A stretch of DNA of 64,000 bases from Lentisphaeria bacterium (GTDB taxonomy: Bacteria > Verrucomicrobiota > Lentisphaeria > Victivallales > JAADHT01), in the NCBI GenBank assembly GCA_015486135.1, contig WFSE01000116.1, forward strand, positions 772 to 64,771, given 5' to 3'. Shown in pieces: positions 36,348 through 45,002 of this stretch. Below the pieces are notes generated by a model, which was given only the letters and a program-made list of their open reading frames with translations, did not search any database and was not told where the DNA came from. Within the stretch, counting starts at the first letter, position 1. Every line of letters starts with the position of its first letter. The position numbers were made by a program, and so were the translations under genes.

Positions 36348-38465
36348 TTAGCGGCATAGGCAACGCGTTTTCAGCTCTCCTTTCTTCCCGTCCGGCTGTG
36401 TTGCTTCTAGCTCCAATGCTATATCGCCTCCGCTTTGGAAGAATCTTACTTCGACCGGATGTAGGCCACGTTCTAGCACTGCCATGCCGCTTTTCGTTTC
36501 GGAGGCGTGCTCCCCGTCGTTCGAAATGAGCGTTTTTCCGTGCAAAAGCATTTCCGAGCCATCGTCACTAGTCAAATGGAACGTGTAAAGTCCTGTTTGG
36601 GGTGCGTCGATATATCCCACGAATACGACTGCGTAATTCTCGCTTAGCTTTCGTGCCGACTTGGGAATGGAAAGTGAATCGACCACGCCTTCCGAAACTG
36701 GTTTCAACTTGGAGAAGTCCGGAAGTTCGTGCCATGCTCCCTGATAAACTTTGTACTCAAATCCTGGCGCTGTATTTTCAAGACGCACTGCTTTGAGGGG
36801 AGTCAGTTTTTCGAATTCCGCTTTTTTAGTCGGGCCAACCATTTTCCCTTTCAAGCATGAGCGAGTTTTGATTACAAGTGTCCTGTCAATTTCCAAAGGG
36901 CGTTTGTAGACGGGACTGGAGGGAATCGGCTCCGATCCATCCATGGTATACCGAGCCTCCAAGCCGAGTTGCGGAACAATCTCCACGGTAGTTTTATCGG
37001 CAAAGCGCGCCCTCCCTTTTATATCGGGGGCGTTGGCGACTACTGGCGCAACGGCGAATGTCAGTTTGATGACGCTGTCGACTGGATCCGGGGCGCGCTC
37101 CGGAAGCTTCAGAGTGGCACCGTAGGCCCCTTTCAGTATCACGTCGACTTGCTGGCCATTAGCTAGAAGCTCCGCCTTTCCCGGCTTCGAAAGGAGCCCG
37201 GGCAACTCCAGTACGCCATTTTCGGGCCATTCGAAAACATGAAGGTATAGGGTTCGCTCCTTTGTTGTCGAGCGCCCCCAGGAAAGGTTCTTGAACACGC
37301 TTGCTGTGGTGCCCCGAATCGACTCCCCGTTGACTTTCATCCATTGACCTATACCGCGCAATATTGTCAAGGACTCTTCGGGGAATTCCCCGGTAGGTTT
37401 GGGGCCAACGTTGAGGAGGAAGTTGCCGCCCTTGCTGGCGATATCCGCAAGTTTCCGTACGAGGTCCCCCACGGTCTTGAAATTCCCGTCCCTCTTGTTC
37501 CAGCCCCAGTGCCTGTTCATGGTCATACACGTTTCCCAATACATCCCCTTGGGCATTCCAGTGGCGGGTATGTGCTGCTCCGGCGTGCCGAAATCGCCTG
37601 CGTGGACACCGTCCTTAGCGGCCGAGCGACTTTTGTCCAAGCGGTTGTTTACTATCAGATCGGGGTCGAGCGTACGAAGGTAGTTGTAGAGTTTCACTCC
37701 CCGCTCATGGGTCCATGTAGGCTCCCAACCGCCGTCGAACCATATCAAATAGGGGTGGTAGCGACAGATCAGTTCCGCTAGTTGCTTCCTCATATAGTCG
37801 ACATACCGGTCGTAATCCGCGCCTTCCGCAGAACGTTTTTCCCATTTCCTCCTAGGAGTGTAGTCGGGATGATGCCAGTCCATTATCGAGTAGTAGACGC
37901 AGAACTTCACGTCTTGCCTGGCACAGGCTTTGTCCAACTCTCCAATTACGTCGTGCTTGAACGGTGTGGCGTCCATGATATCATACTTGGTGAATCGGGA
38001 ATCGAACATGCAGAATCCGTCATGGTGTTTGCTTGTTATCACCAGGTATTCCATGCCGGCGTTTTTGGCGGCTGCCGCCCATGCGTTCGGATTAAACTTG
38101 ACAGGATTGAATTTCGCCGCGAACTTTTCATAGACGGACACGGGAATATGCCCGCGGTTCATAATCCATTCCGCATAGTTTGTCCGTCCCTGCCACTCGC
38201 CAGCGGGAACGGAGTATATGCCCCAATGGATGAACATGCCGAATCTAGCCTTGGCCCACCAGGCCATTCGCTTGTCGTATTCCGCCCTCGTCTCGTCGGC
38301 TATGTAGTTTTTGGGGTGCTCCCAAGCATATCGCGCCTTTTTCTCGCATTGGGCGCCCTTTCGCTCGTCGCATCCCGAAAAAAAGCACGTAACCACTGCA
38401 CTTGTAGTGACCGCCAAATGAAGTCGGATTCCCTGCGCAATCTTCGATGAAATGTTTAAACTCAC
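36348..38465 (-). CDS. alpha-L-fucosidase (GH29) with C-terminal PA14-like domain
   Basis: FGMFIHWGIYSVPAGEW GH29 motif. C-terminal GYIDAPQTGLYTFHLTSDDGSEMLLHGKTLI is typical of PA14. Confidence 0.85.
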   Translation of the reverse strand: MSLNISSKIAQGIRLHLAVTTSAVVTCFFSGCDERKGAQCEKKARYAWEHPKNYIADETRAEYDKRMAWWAKARFGMFIHWGIYSVPAGEWQGRTNYAEWIMNRGHIPVSVYEKFAAKFNPVKFNPNAWAAAAKNAGMEYLVITSKHHDGFCMFDSRFTKYDIMDATPFKHDVIGELDKACARQDVKFCVYYSIMDWHHPDYTPRRKWEKRSAEGADYDRYVDYMRKQLAELICRYHPYLIWFDGGWEPTWTHERGVKLYNYLRTLDPDLIVNNRLDKSRSAAKDGVHAGDFGTPEQHIPATGMPKGMYWETCMTMNRHWGWNKRDGNFKTVGDLVRKLADIASKGGNFLLNVGPKPTGEFPEESLTILRGIGQWMKVNGESIRGTTASVFKNLSWGRSTTKERTLYLHVFEWPENGVLELPGLLSKPGKAELLANGQQVDVILKGAYGATLKLPERAPDPVDSVIKLTFAVAPVVANAPDIKGRARFADKTTVEIVPQLGLEARYTMDGSEPIPSSPVYKRPLEIDRTLVIKTRSCLKGKMVGPTKKAEFEKLTPLKAVRLENTAPGFEYKVYQGAWHELPDFSKLKPVSEGVVDSLSIPKSARKLSENYAVVFVGYIDAPQTGLYTFHLTSDDGSEMLLHGKTLISNDGEHASETKSGMAVLERGLHPVEVRFFQSGGDIALELEATQPDGKKGELKTRCLCR

Positions 38466-38501
38466 TGTGCCCTCCTAGCTGGCTGATTTGTTCGTACATG
38501 G

Positions 38502-38530
38502 TAGGGCTTGCTTAATAATTGTCAAGCAGG
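38502..38530 (-). repeat. solo terminal-repeat remnant of family A
   Basis: TAGGGCTTGCTTAATAATTGTCAAGCAGG, compared with TAGGGCTCACTGAATAATTGGCAAGTG. Confidence 0.35.
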
Positions 38531-38622
38531 TTATCCTATAGGGCAAGGCTCCCCTGGAGCGCGCAGATTCCGCAAGCGGAAGCGGTAAGCCTGTCCCGCC
38601 ATTTTTCCTAGGGGCTTAGGTA

Positions 38623-38960
38623 GGGCTCACTGAATAATTTGCAAGTGTTTAATTTTAATTGGGTTAAGCCTGTTTTCAATGGTGTCATCTCCAAGGTTTT
38701 GGTAGCAGATCTCCCAAAAACCTTGGAGCCGACTAGCATTTTGAGGCACTTGCCAATTCCGTGACACACGTTCGTGTGATTTAAAGGTGTCCAGCGCTAC
38801 GCTAGGGACACCTAGTCCATCAAGCGCGAAGCGTCCTTCCGCAAAGCCCGAAGGGTTCGCAAAGCGAACGGAAAGAGCGGCTCGTCGCCTAATCACAAGT
38901 CCTCTATCGCCTGGAAGGCGGCGGAGGGATCGGCACGTTTCCGATTTTTTCAGTAGGCCT
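38623..38960 (-). mobile_element. Family-A MITE-like element, copy 4 (long form)
   Basis: GGGCTCACTGAATAATTTGCAAGTG at the left and CGGCACGTTTCCGATTTTTTCAGTAGGCC at the right. Its central module is nearly identical to copy 1. I found no clear flanking duplication. Confidence 0.75.
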
Positions 38961-39018
38961 CTATAAGAAAGTAATTTCAAGAGAAAGGCTTGGCTTATGG
39001 TTTTTTCCTTTTAAAGTG

Positions 39019-39358
39019 TAGGGACAGGTTAATAAAGGCCATCTTGCATGCCCCTGCAATGCCTGCATAGTACATAGTGGAGAAAGAACAGGGACTTGCG
39101 ATATCCGCAGCAAGCTGGTAGCTTATCCGCGCCATGGGACGCAGGGAAAAATGGAGGATACAGAAAAATCAATAGCGGATGTTTGACTCCAATAGTTCTT
39201 GGGGAACACCCATGGTATACAGCGAAAGAAAGGCCAAAATGAAAAAAACAGAAACAGTATTGTCCGGTATAGAGATTGTGACCGTGGAAAATACAATGAA
39301 GGGTTTTCGGCTGTTTCAGGAGGTCTGTTCATGCTGGTGTGCTATTAACCTGTCCCTA
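39019..39358. mobile_element. Family-B element bounded by perfect 16-bp inverted repeats (MITE or invertible promoter segment)
   Basis: TAGGGACAGGTTAATA at 39019-39034 and its exact reverse complement at 39343-39358. Internally carries TTGCGA-N17-TAGCTT (39096-39124) facing the downstream gene. Confidence 0.7.
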
Positions 39359-39874
39359 GTCTCTATTTTGATAATTTCAATTTTTATTTCTAGTCTCGTT
39401 GGCTGTGCGCCTTATTTAAATCATGACAATAATGTTGTGTCTCTAAAGTATTTCCAGACAACTCTCTCCAAAGAAAAATGGAAGTGGGGATACGGGGGGA
39501 AAAACCAGCAACAGGAGATAAACGAATATGTTCCACTAAATGAGTCCGTGGAAAAATGGACGGAATTAGTCACAGAGCAATATATATTTCAATTTGACAA
39601 AAAATTATTATCCAAATATGTCGCAATAATTAAGGAACAACTTCGTGCTAACAGTAAAGATTTTCAATGGAGAATAATTGAAGAAAATGACGACAGCATT
39701 GTATATGAATGGTCGCATCAAGGCAGCGGCATTTATCCTCCAACATATGAAGTCGCAAAATTGTTTGCGGTCAATGGGGGATTATATCGGATAGCTTATG
39801 ATAAATATACAAAAGAAATGGACGATGATGCTAAGAAATGGAGAACGTCCATTAAAAACGCAAAAATAAAATAA
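39296..39874 (+). CDS. hypothetical lipoprotein (AT-rich orphan)
   Basis: Lipobox-like SSLVGC after a hydrophobic stretch. The start is uncertain: ATG 39296 lies inside the repeat, TTG 39368 just outside it. Confidence 0.45.
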   Translation: MKGFRLFQEVCSCWCAINLSLVSILIISIFISSLVGCAPYLNHDNNVVSLKYFQTTLSKEKWKWGYGGKNQQQEINEYVPLNESVEKWTELVTEQYIFQFDKKLLSKYVAIIKEQLRANSKDFQWRIIEENDDSIVYEWSHQGSGIYPPTYEVAKLFAVNGGLYRIAYDKYTKEMDDDAKKWRTSIKNAKIK

Positions 39875-39920
39875 GATTGGCTCTTCCGCAGTTGTGGGCT
39901 ATCGCTTAGATTTTCCTCTG

Positions 39921-39955
39921 AAAAACGCCCCCCTTTCAGGGGTGAGGGGGCGTTT
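39921..39955. terminator. bidirectional intrinsic terminator between convergent genes
   Basis: AAACGCCCCC / GGGGGCGTTT stem with a 13-nt loop. Flanked by A5 on the left (U5 for the minus-strand dedA transcript) and TTT on the right. Confidence 0.55.
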
Positions 39956-40043
39956 CCCAAAGGGAAATCTATTTGGGTGTCGGATTGTGTAGCCTCATTT
40001 TGCGCCTGCGCCACCCACTTTTTCTGCCGACGAGGCACCTTTT

Positions 40044-40721
40044 TTAGACGGAGCGTTTCGCGGTTTTCGTTACGATTTTATGGACTAAGGCGTAGGCCGC
40101 CACAGCCAGAATCAATCCGAGAATTATCCAAAGGAAATGTGCCCGTAGCATATCGCGGCCTTTGAATACCATTTCCCGATAGCTCATATTCTTCGCCAAG
40201 GACGCCAGCGACCATCCTATCCACGCGAGTATGGCGGACCATATTCCCGCTCCCGCCGCGGTGTAGACGCTGAACTTTCCCAAGGGCATGCGGGATAATC
40301 CCGCCGGAATCGAGATGAGTTGTCGAATGGCGGGCAAAAGCCTGCACACGAACGTCGTTATGTCGCCGTATTTCCGGAACACCGCCTCGGCGCTTTCCAC
40401 CGTATCTTTTTTCAGGAACACGTATTGGCCATATTTGAACAACAGGGGGCGTCCCAGCCAGAGGGAGATAAAATAGTTTACATACGCTCCGGCTAGGGAA
40501 CCGAGGGTTCCACATGCGATGGCCACCGTCATGTCCACGGTCGGGATTCCGAACAAGAGCTCGCTTCTAGCGGCCATGAATCCCGCTGGGATCATCACGA
40601 TTTCGCTTGGAAACGGGATAAACGAGCTTTCCACCGCCATGAAGGCGAAGATCATCAAAAAACCCCATAAGTGGGCGTGAGTGGCTAATTGCTCCACATG
40701 TCCCGCTAACAATTCCGTCAT
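40044..40721 (-). CDS. DedA/SNARE-associated family membrane protein
   Basis: ESSFIPFPSEIVMIPAGF motif typical of DedA. Confidence 0.8.
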   Translation of the reverse strand: MTELLAGHVEQLATHAHLWGFLMIFAFMAVESSFIPFPSEIVMIPAGFMAARSELLFGIPTVDMTVAIACGTLGSLAGAYVNYFISLWLGRPLLFKYGQYVFLKKDTVESAEAVFRKYGDITTFVCRLLPAIRQLISIPAGLSRMPLGKFSVYTAAGAGIWSAILAWIGWSLASLAKNMSYREMVFKGRDMLRAHFLWIILGLILAVAAYALVHKIVTKTAKRSV

Positions 40722-41167
40722 TTTCCACTCTCCGTTCGTTCGCTGTTTGGGTGGGTGTTCCCGTAGTTATCCGGGAAAAGCGATGGAGCCATAGCCAATC
40801 CCGCGCACCACACTAGGATGGCTGCCATAAAGCTTAGCAGCACGGCCAGGCTTCCCATGTCTTTTATCAATTTCGCCCTCTCGTCGTATTCGGAGGTTAC
40901 CATGTCCACCAAATTCTCAATTCCCGTATTCAACGTTTCCGCCGCTAGAACCGCTAAGAGCGAGGCCAACATTACTAGCTTCATCGGCAGGGGTGTTCCG
41001 ATTACGAATAGCACCGCAACGCCAATTGCCAGTAGCGCCAATTCCTGCCGGAAAGCGTCTTCCCCGCACATTCCCTTGAATCCCGACCAAGAAAATGAAA
41101 ACGCCCTGAATATTCTGGGCAGTCCCGTCTTGCCGGATGGTATTTTTTTGTCTTTGCCTTTGTCCAT
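40718..41167 (-). CDS. dgkA: diacylglycerol kinase family protein
   Basis: FRQELALLAIGV and AETLNTGIENLVDMV match DgkA motifs. 4-nt overlap with dedA. Confidence 0.85.
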   Translation of the reverse strand: MDKGKDKKIPSGKTGLPRIFRAFSFSWSGFKGMCGEDAFRQELALLAIGVAVLFVIGTPLPMKLVMLASLLAVLAAETLNTGIENLVDMVTSEYDERAKLIKDMGSLAVLLSFMAAILVWCAGLAMAPSLFPDNYGNTHPNSERTESGK

Positions 41168-41173
41168 ATAATA

Positions 41174-42311
41174 GGGCTCACTGAATAATTGGTAAGTGTT
41201 TAAGAATCATTGGGTTAAATCTGTTTTTAGCGGTGTCATATCCAGGATTTTGTGAGCATGCGCGCGAATATCTGGACTCAGTTCCGCAATTTGACTGAAG
41301 CCGGGAGTGCTAGTCCCGACCTCGGTGGCTCGTAGCCAACATGTCCTCCGTGTTATCCGCCACCGCTCTAGCGAAAGAGGGATCACCGGCCCGTTTTCGG
41401 CTTTTTCCGCAAGCTCTTTTTAGGCAACCTTTTTGTAGAGTCTTCGTTGTTTGTTCGTATCACTTTGGTATTTGAAAAGACAATGGTAGTGGAATCGCCA
41501 CCTTTTTCCCGCATTACCACCGTCGACAAGTGAAACATGCCATTGGATTTGGCGAAGGCAAGGGTTACGTTGGCGACGACTTTGCCTATCAGCTTGTTTT
41601 TTGGGCGGAAGACAAGAACCGGCGCTTCGGGGGAGGATTTTGGAGAGGTCTCGATATTGTAATCCTCCGACAGCACCTCGTAGCGTCCCATCAACCAAGC
41701 GCCCAACTGTTTCCACATCAAACTCATCATCGGGTTTTCCGACCGCGAAAAGACTTTTCTTTCCCCTGTAGCCTCGTCCCAGGTTTCGGCTTTGTCGCCT
41801 TTTATAGCCACAGTGCTCCGCATTGGGGAGAGCACCCTCCATTCCAGCCCGTCGGGGAAATCGATTCGGAGCGTCCCTTTCAAGACTATTGGTTTGTCGA
41901 ACAGGCTTATTTTGTTCGTTTGCGTGAAGTCCGCGGTCAAGGTTTTCGCATTGGTGAATCCAGTTTCAATGGCGGCTAGTATGGTTGGGGGCGCGTCCCG
42001 CGTTTTCGTGGTGTCACCAGCAATCGCGGAAGTCGCGGCCAGCGCGCAGCCGCCAAACAGGAGTTGTTGAATAATCGTTGACAATTTCATGTTCATTTGG
42101 TTGCCTTTTTTTAGGATGTTTGGGGTCAGTTCCGCATGTTGCCCGATACTCAGGCCCGTCGTTACTCGGGTAGGACCCCTCCGTGCCGCAGGCACCTTTC
42201 CGGCTTTGCGGAGGGGGTCCCGACTCCGGCGGCCTGTCGCCTAATCACAAGTTCTCCATAGCCCGGAGGGCGACGGGAGATAGACACTTTGTCGATTTTT
42301 ACAGTCATTCC
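41174..42311 (-). mobile_element. composite: family-A termini bracketing the lolA-like gene
   Basis: Right-type end GGGCTCACTGAATAATTGGTAAGTG at 41174. Left-type end ...GTCGCCTAATCAC...GTCGATTTTTACAGTCATTCC ending near 42311. Internal direct repeats at 41278-41337 and 42126-42241. Confidence 0.45.
41383..42096 (-). CDS. LolA-like outer-membrane lipoprotein carrier family protein
   Basis: Signal peptide MNMKLSTIIQQLLFGGCALAATSAIA. TLTADFTQTNKISLFDKPIVLKGTLRI resembles the LolA fold signature. Confidence 0.5.
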   Translation of the reverse strand: MNMKLSTIIQQLLFGGCALAATSAIAGDTTKTRDAPPTILAAIETGFTNAKTLTADFTQTNKISLFDKPIVLKGTLRIDFPDGLEWRVLSPMRSTVAIKGDKAETWDEATGERKVFSRSENPMMSLMWKQLGAWLMGRYEVLSEDYNIETSPKSSPEAPVLVFRPKNKLIGKVVANVTLAFAKSNGMFHLSTVVMREKGGDSTTIVFSNTKVIRTNNEDSTKRLPKKSLRKKPKTGR

Positions 42312-42334
42312 TGAATAGATGCCCGTGGTCACGT

Positions 42335-42775
42335 TCAACTTCCTCCGCGAAATTCGCTAGCGTTAAAAAGCATCGGCACATGCCCTTCCATTACCGCAAA
42401 CCCTTGGCGACGATGGAATTCGACGCTTTCCGGTTCCGCTATCAGGCCTATCCAATCTACTCCCCGCTTGAGGAGTTCCTCAATCAATCGACGTTCTAGT
42501 CTAGCGCCGATTCCTCGTCCGCGGAAATCGCGGGCCACTACCACGTCCTGAATGTAGGCGTCGCTGCATCCGTCTGAAACCGCCCTAGCCATGCCGACCA
42601 TTTGTCGATCCGCGGAAATCGCGACGGCGAAGAGGAGGGATCCCGAGACGATTCCATCGATAAACGAAGGATCTTTGTCATATTCCTCCCGCCACCAACC
42701 AGCTTCCCGGTACAAGGTGATGAACGCGTTTTTTTCCACGCTGTCGACGATTTCCACCGAGGCAATATCACTCAT
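42335..42775 (-). CDS. GNAT family N-acetyltransferase
   Basis: VVVARDFRGRGIGARLERRLIEEL carries the acetyl-CoA binding R/QxxGxG/A motif. 8-nt overlap with lnt. Confidence 0.8.
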   Translation of the reverse strand: MSDIASVEIVDSVEKNAFITLYREAGWWREEYDKDPSFIDGIVSGSLLFAVAISADRQMVGMARAVSDGCSDAYIQDVVVARDFRGRGIGARLERRLIEELLKRGVDWIGLIAEPESVEFHRRQGFAVMEGHVPMLFNASEFRGGS

Positions 42776-44978
42776 TTCGTTCCAGTCTTTTTGGCTCCAC
42801 CGCCACGCGGATACGCCCCTCCGTATCTTTATGGAAAATCACCATTGCCACTACGTCGTGTTTAGACAACCACGCCGCATCGGGGTGGAAGGAGCCGTCC
42901 AGCATATCTTTTCCCACATTTACCGCTTTGTTGTCGGGGGCCGCGAACACCGCGTTGGGATAGCGATGGTAAACCATCCGCTCGTACAGCAATATTGGGA
43001 TGTCGATATCCCCGTCTTTCAAGTGTGGGTCGAATCCCTCGAATCGCACGGCGATATTTCCCGGGGGGACCTGTTTGTCGAGCAACCGGTCTATGCCGGT
43101 AGCGAGGAAAACGGGATTTTGGTCGCCATCAACGAGGATTCGCTTCAAAAGCAAAGGCAAGGAATCCGAACTAAAGGCCCAGGATGCGAAATTAACGCAT
43201 AGAACGATACCAAGAGCCGGCTTGAAAGCCGCCGCGAGAAACCGTCTTTTGTCGCGCCATTTCCAAGCGGCTATCAATAACGCCGCGCCCCAGGCAATAG
43301 CGCATAGCCACACGAACACATCGCCGTATTTGGAGTAGAATGTAAGAGGGGTATGTGGGTCGAACCTCACTTTGAACGGGGCGAAGCCCCGGCATTTAAC
43401 CATTGGCTTTGGTATCATTGTTCCGTCGGGGCCAGTTTTCGAAACGACGCTATCGGCGACGATGCCGCTTGGGAGCACGAGGCAAGTTCCGTTGTTGTTC
43501 CCGACTCGAACCAGCGGACGGCGGGTCTCAATGGCCCGGAAAATGGCATTAGCCAGATGTTGTTCGGACTCCGCGCTTGTGGGATACCATGCATCGTTCG
43601 TTATATCCAGAAGAATATTCGCGCCGTTGCGAACGAAAGCCCCCGTTATCTCGGGGAAAACATCCTCGTAGCAGACGCACACTCCAGCGCGGGCCCCTTT
43701 TCCCAGGTCGAAAACGGTGTGCCGTTGTCCTGGCGACAACCCACGTCCCATTCCGATCAGGTCCACCAGCCACGGGAAGAAGCGTCCCAAGGGAACATAT
43801 TCGCCGAAGGGGACCAGGTGCGTTTTGTCATATCTGTCCGCCAGCTTGCCGTCTGGTCCAATCATGAAAACCGTATTCCAAGCAGTGACATCTTTTGCTT
43901 CTCTATAAGACGCCAAATGGTCGAAGTCGTAGTCTATCGTTCCAAGAATGACGCGCGTGTTTCCTTGTCTTGCCAAGGCTTCCACCACTGTACGGTATTT
44001 TTCACCGTATCCGTTAGGACTTCGGAATGAAAGAGGCACCGCCGTTTCGGGCCACACCATTACGTCGGGTTTGTTGAGTAGAGCGAGTTCCGAAAGGCGC
44101 GAGTATTGGTCCAGGACCTTGTCCGCCTCCTCTTCGGAGGCGAAGCGGCACTGTGGTATGTCGCCTTGGATACCGACAATGTTCAAGTAGCGTTTGGATT
44201 CCCCCTTGCCTCGGGAGGCATTCCACGAGAGCATTGATTTGAACCCAATCAGCGCGACCGACATTACCATTACCATTCCAGCCATCAGTGGGACTGGACG
44301 GCGGTATCGCCCCGTTCCGAGCGTGCTTAGCACGCTGGCTAAGGCCATTGACCCCGCGACATTCACATACACCACTAGGAAGCTTATTCCGAAAACCCCC
44401 GTGTACTCGGCGATTTGTATCATCGGGATAATTTTCCATTGGCTTGCTCCAGCGAGATTCCATGGCAACCCCGTGAATATCCAGCTTCGAATCCACTCCA
44501 GCGCACACCATCCGGCCGCCAGGACTAATGCCAACGCGGTTTGACGAATTCCCGAGGGCTTGTACGCGGTTTCCGCTTCGAAGCCTTCGAGTTGGATTTT
44601 CGTAGGCACAAGAATGTGTCTCGTCAAAACCGGAATTAATCCAGCCCATACCGCTGGGAAGAAAGCCAAAACCGGGGCGATGGCGAACGGAATTGGAGTC
44701 GCGATTTCGCGTAACCAGAAAAAAGAGGGAAAGGCCCAAGCGCATCCCCACAAAAACCCCAGCCCGAAAGCCCTTTTAGGCGTAGAGCGAGCCACGATGA
44801 AATGTAGTGGCACCAATGCCATCCACGCGGCGAATTCCCAGTTCCGCGGTGGAAACGCCGTGGCGTAGAATATTCCCGCCAAAATGGTTGCCGCGATTTC
44901 CGCCGAAAGGATTTTTCGGCTTGTCCGCCATGCTTCGTTCGAAGCCTGCTCTTTTTCTATTTCCGTCTTGATTTCCAT
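42768..44978 (-). CDS. lnt: apolipoprotein N-acyltransferase with about 200-aa C-terminal extension
   Basis: N-terminal multi-TM region plus a nitrilase-like CN hydrolase core (GVCVCYEDVFPE). After the last TM (VFVWLCAIAWGAALLIAAWKW), an extra soluble domain of unknown family. Confidence 0.8.
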   Translation of the reverse strand: MEIKTEIEKEQASNEAWRTSRKILSAEIAATILAGIFYATAFPPRNWEFAAWMALVPLHFIVARSTPKRAFGLGFLWGCAWAFPSFFWLREIATPIPFAIAPVLAFFPAVWAGLIPVLTRHILVPTKIQLEGFEAETAYKPSGIRQTALALVLAAGWCALEWIRSWIFTGLPWNLAGASQWKIIPMIQIAEYTGVFGISFLVVYVNVAGSMALASVLSTLGTGRYRRPVPLMAGMVMVMSVALIGFKSMLSWNASRGKGESKRYLNIVGIQGDIPQCRFASEEEADKVLDQYSRLSELALLNKPDVMVWPETAVPLSFRSPNGYGEKYRTVVEALARQGNTRVILGTIDYDFDHLASYREAKDVTAWNTVFMIGPDGKLADRYDKTHLVPFGEYVPLGRFFPWLVDLIGMGRGLSPGQRHTVFDLGKGARAGVCVCYEDVFPEITGAFVRNGANILLDITNDAWYPTSAESEQHLANAIFRAIETRRPLVRVGNNNGTCLVLPSGIVADSVVSKTGPDGTMIPKPMVKCRGFAPFKVRFDPHTPLTFYSKYGDVFVWLCAIAWGAALLIAAWKWRDKRRFLAAAFKPALGIVLCVNFASWAFSSDSLPLLLKRILVDGDQNPVFLATGIDRLLDKQVPPGNIAVRFEGFDPHLKDGDIDIPILLYERMVYHRYPNAVFAAPDNKAVNVGKDMLDGSFHPDAAWLSKHDVVAMVIFHKDTEGRIRVAVEPKRLERNE

Positions 44979-45002
44979 ATAAAAACCATTGAGTTGAATT
45001 TT

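Noticed and set aside
38627-38980. ORFs translated from repeat elements (867-1202, 2577-2795, 22603-23001, 22649-22876, 38627-38980, 39123-39332)
   Set aside because: They coincide with non-coding repeat copies that occur in both orientations and with variable frames. The N-terminal extensions of several track ORFs (2138-2644, 35644-36180, 41383-42195) have the same cause.
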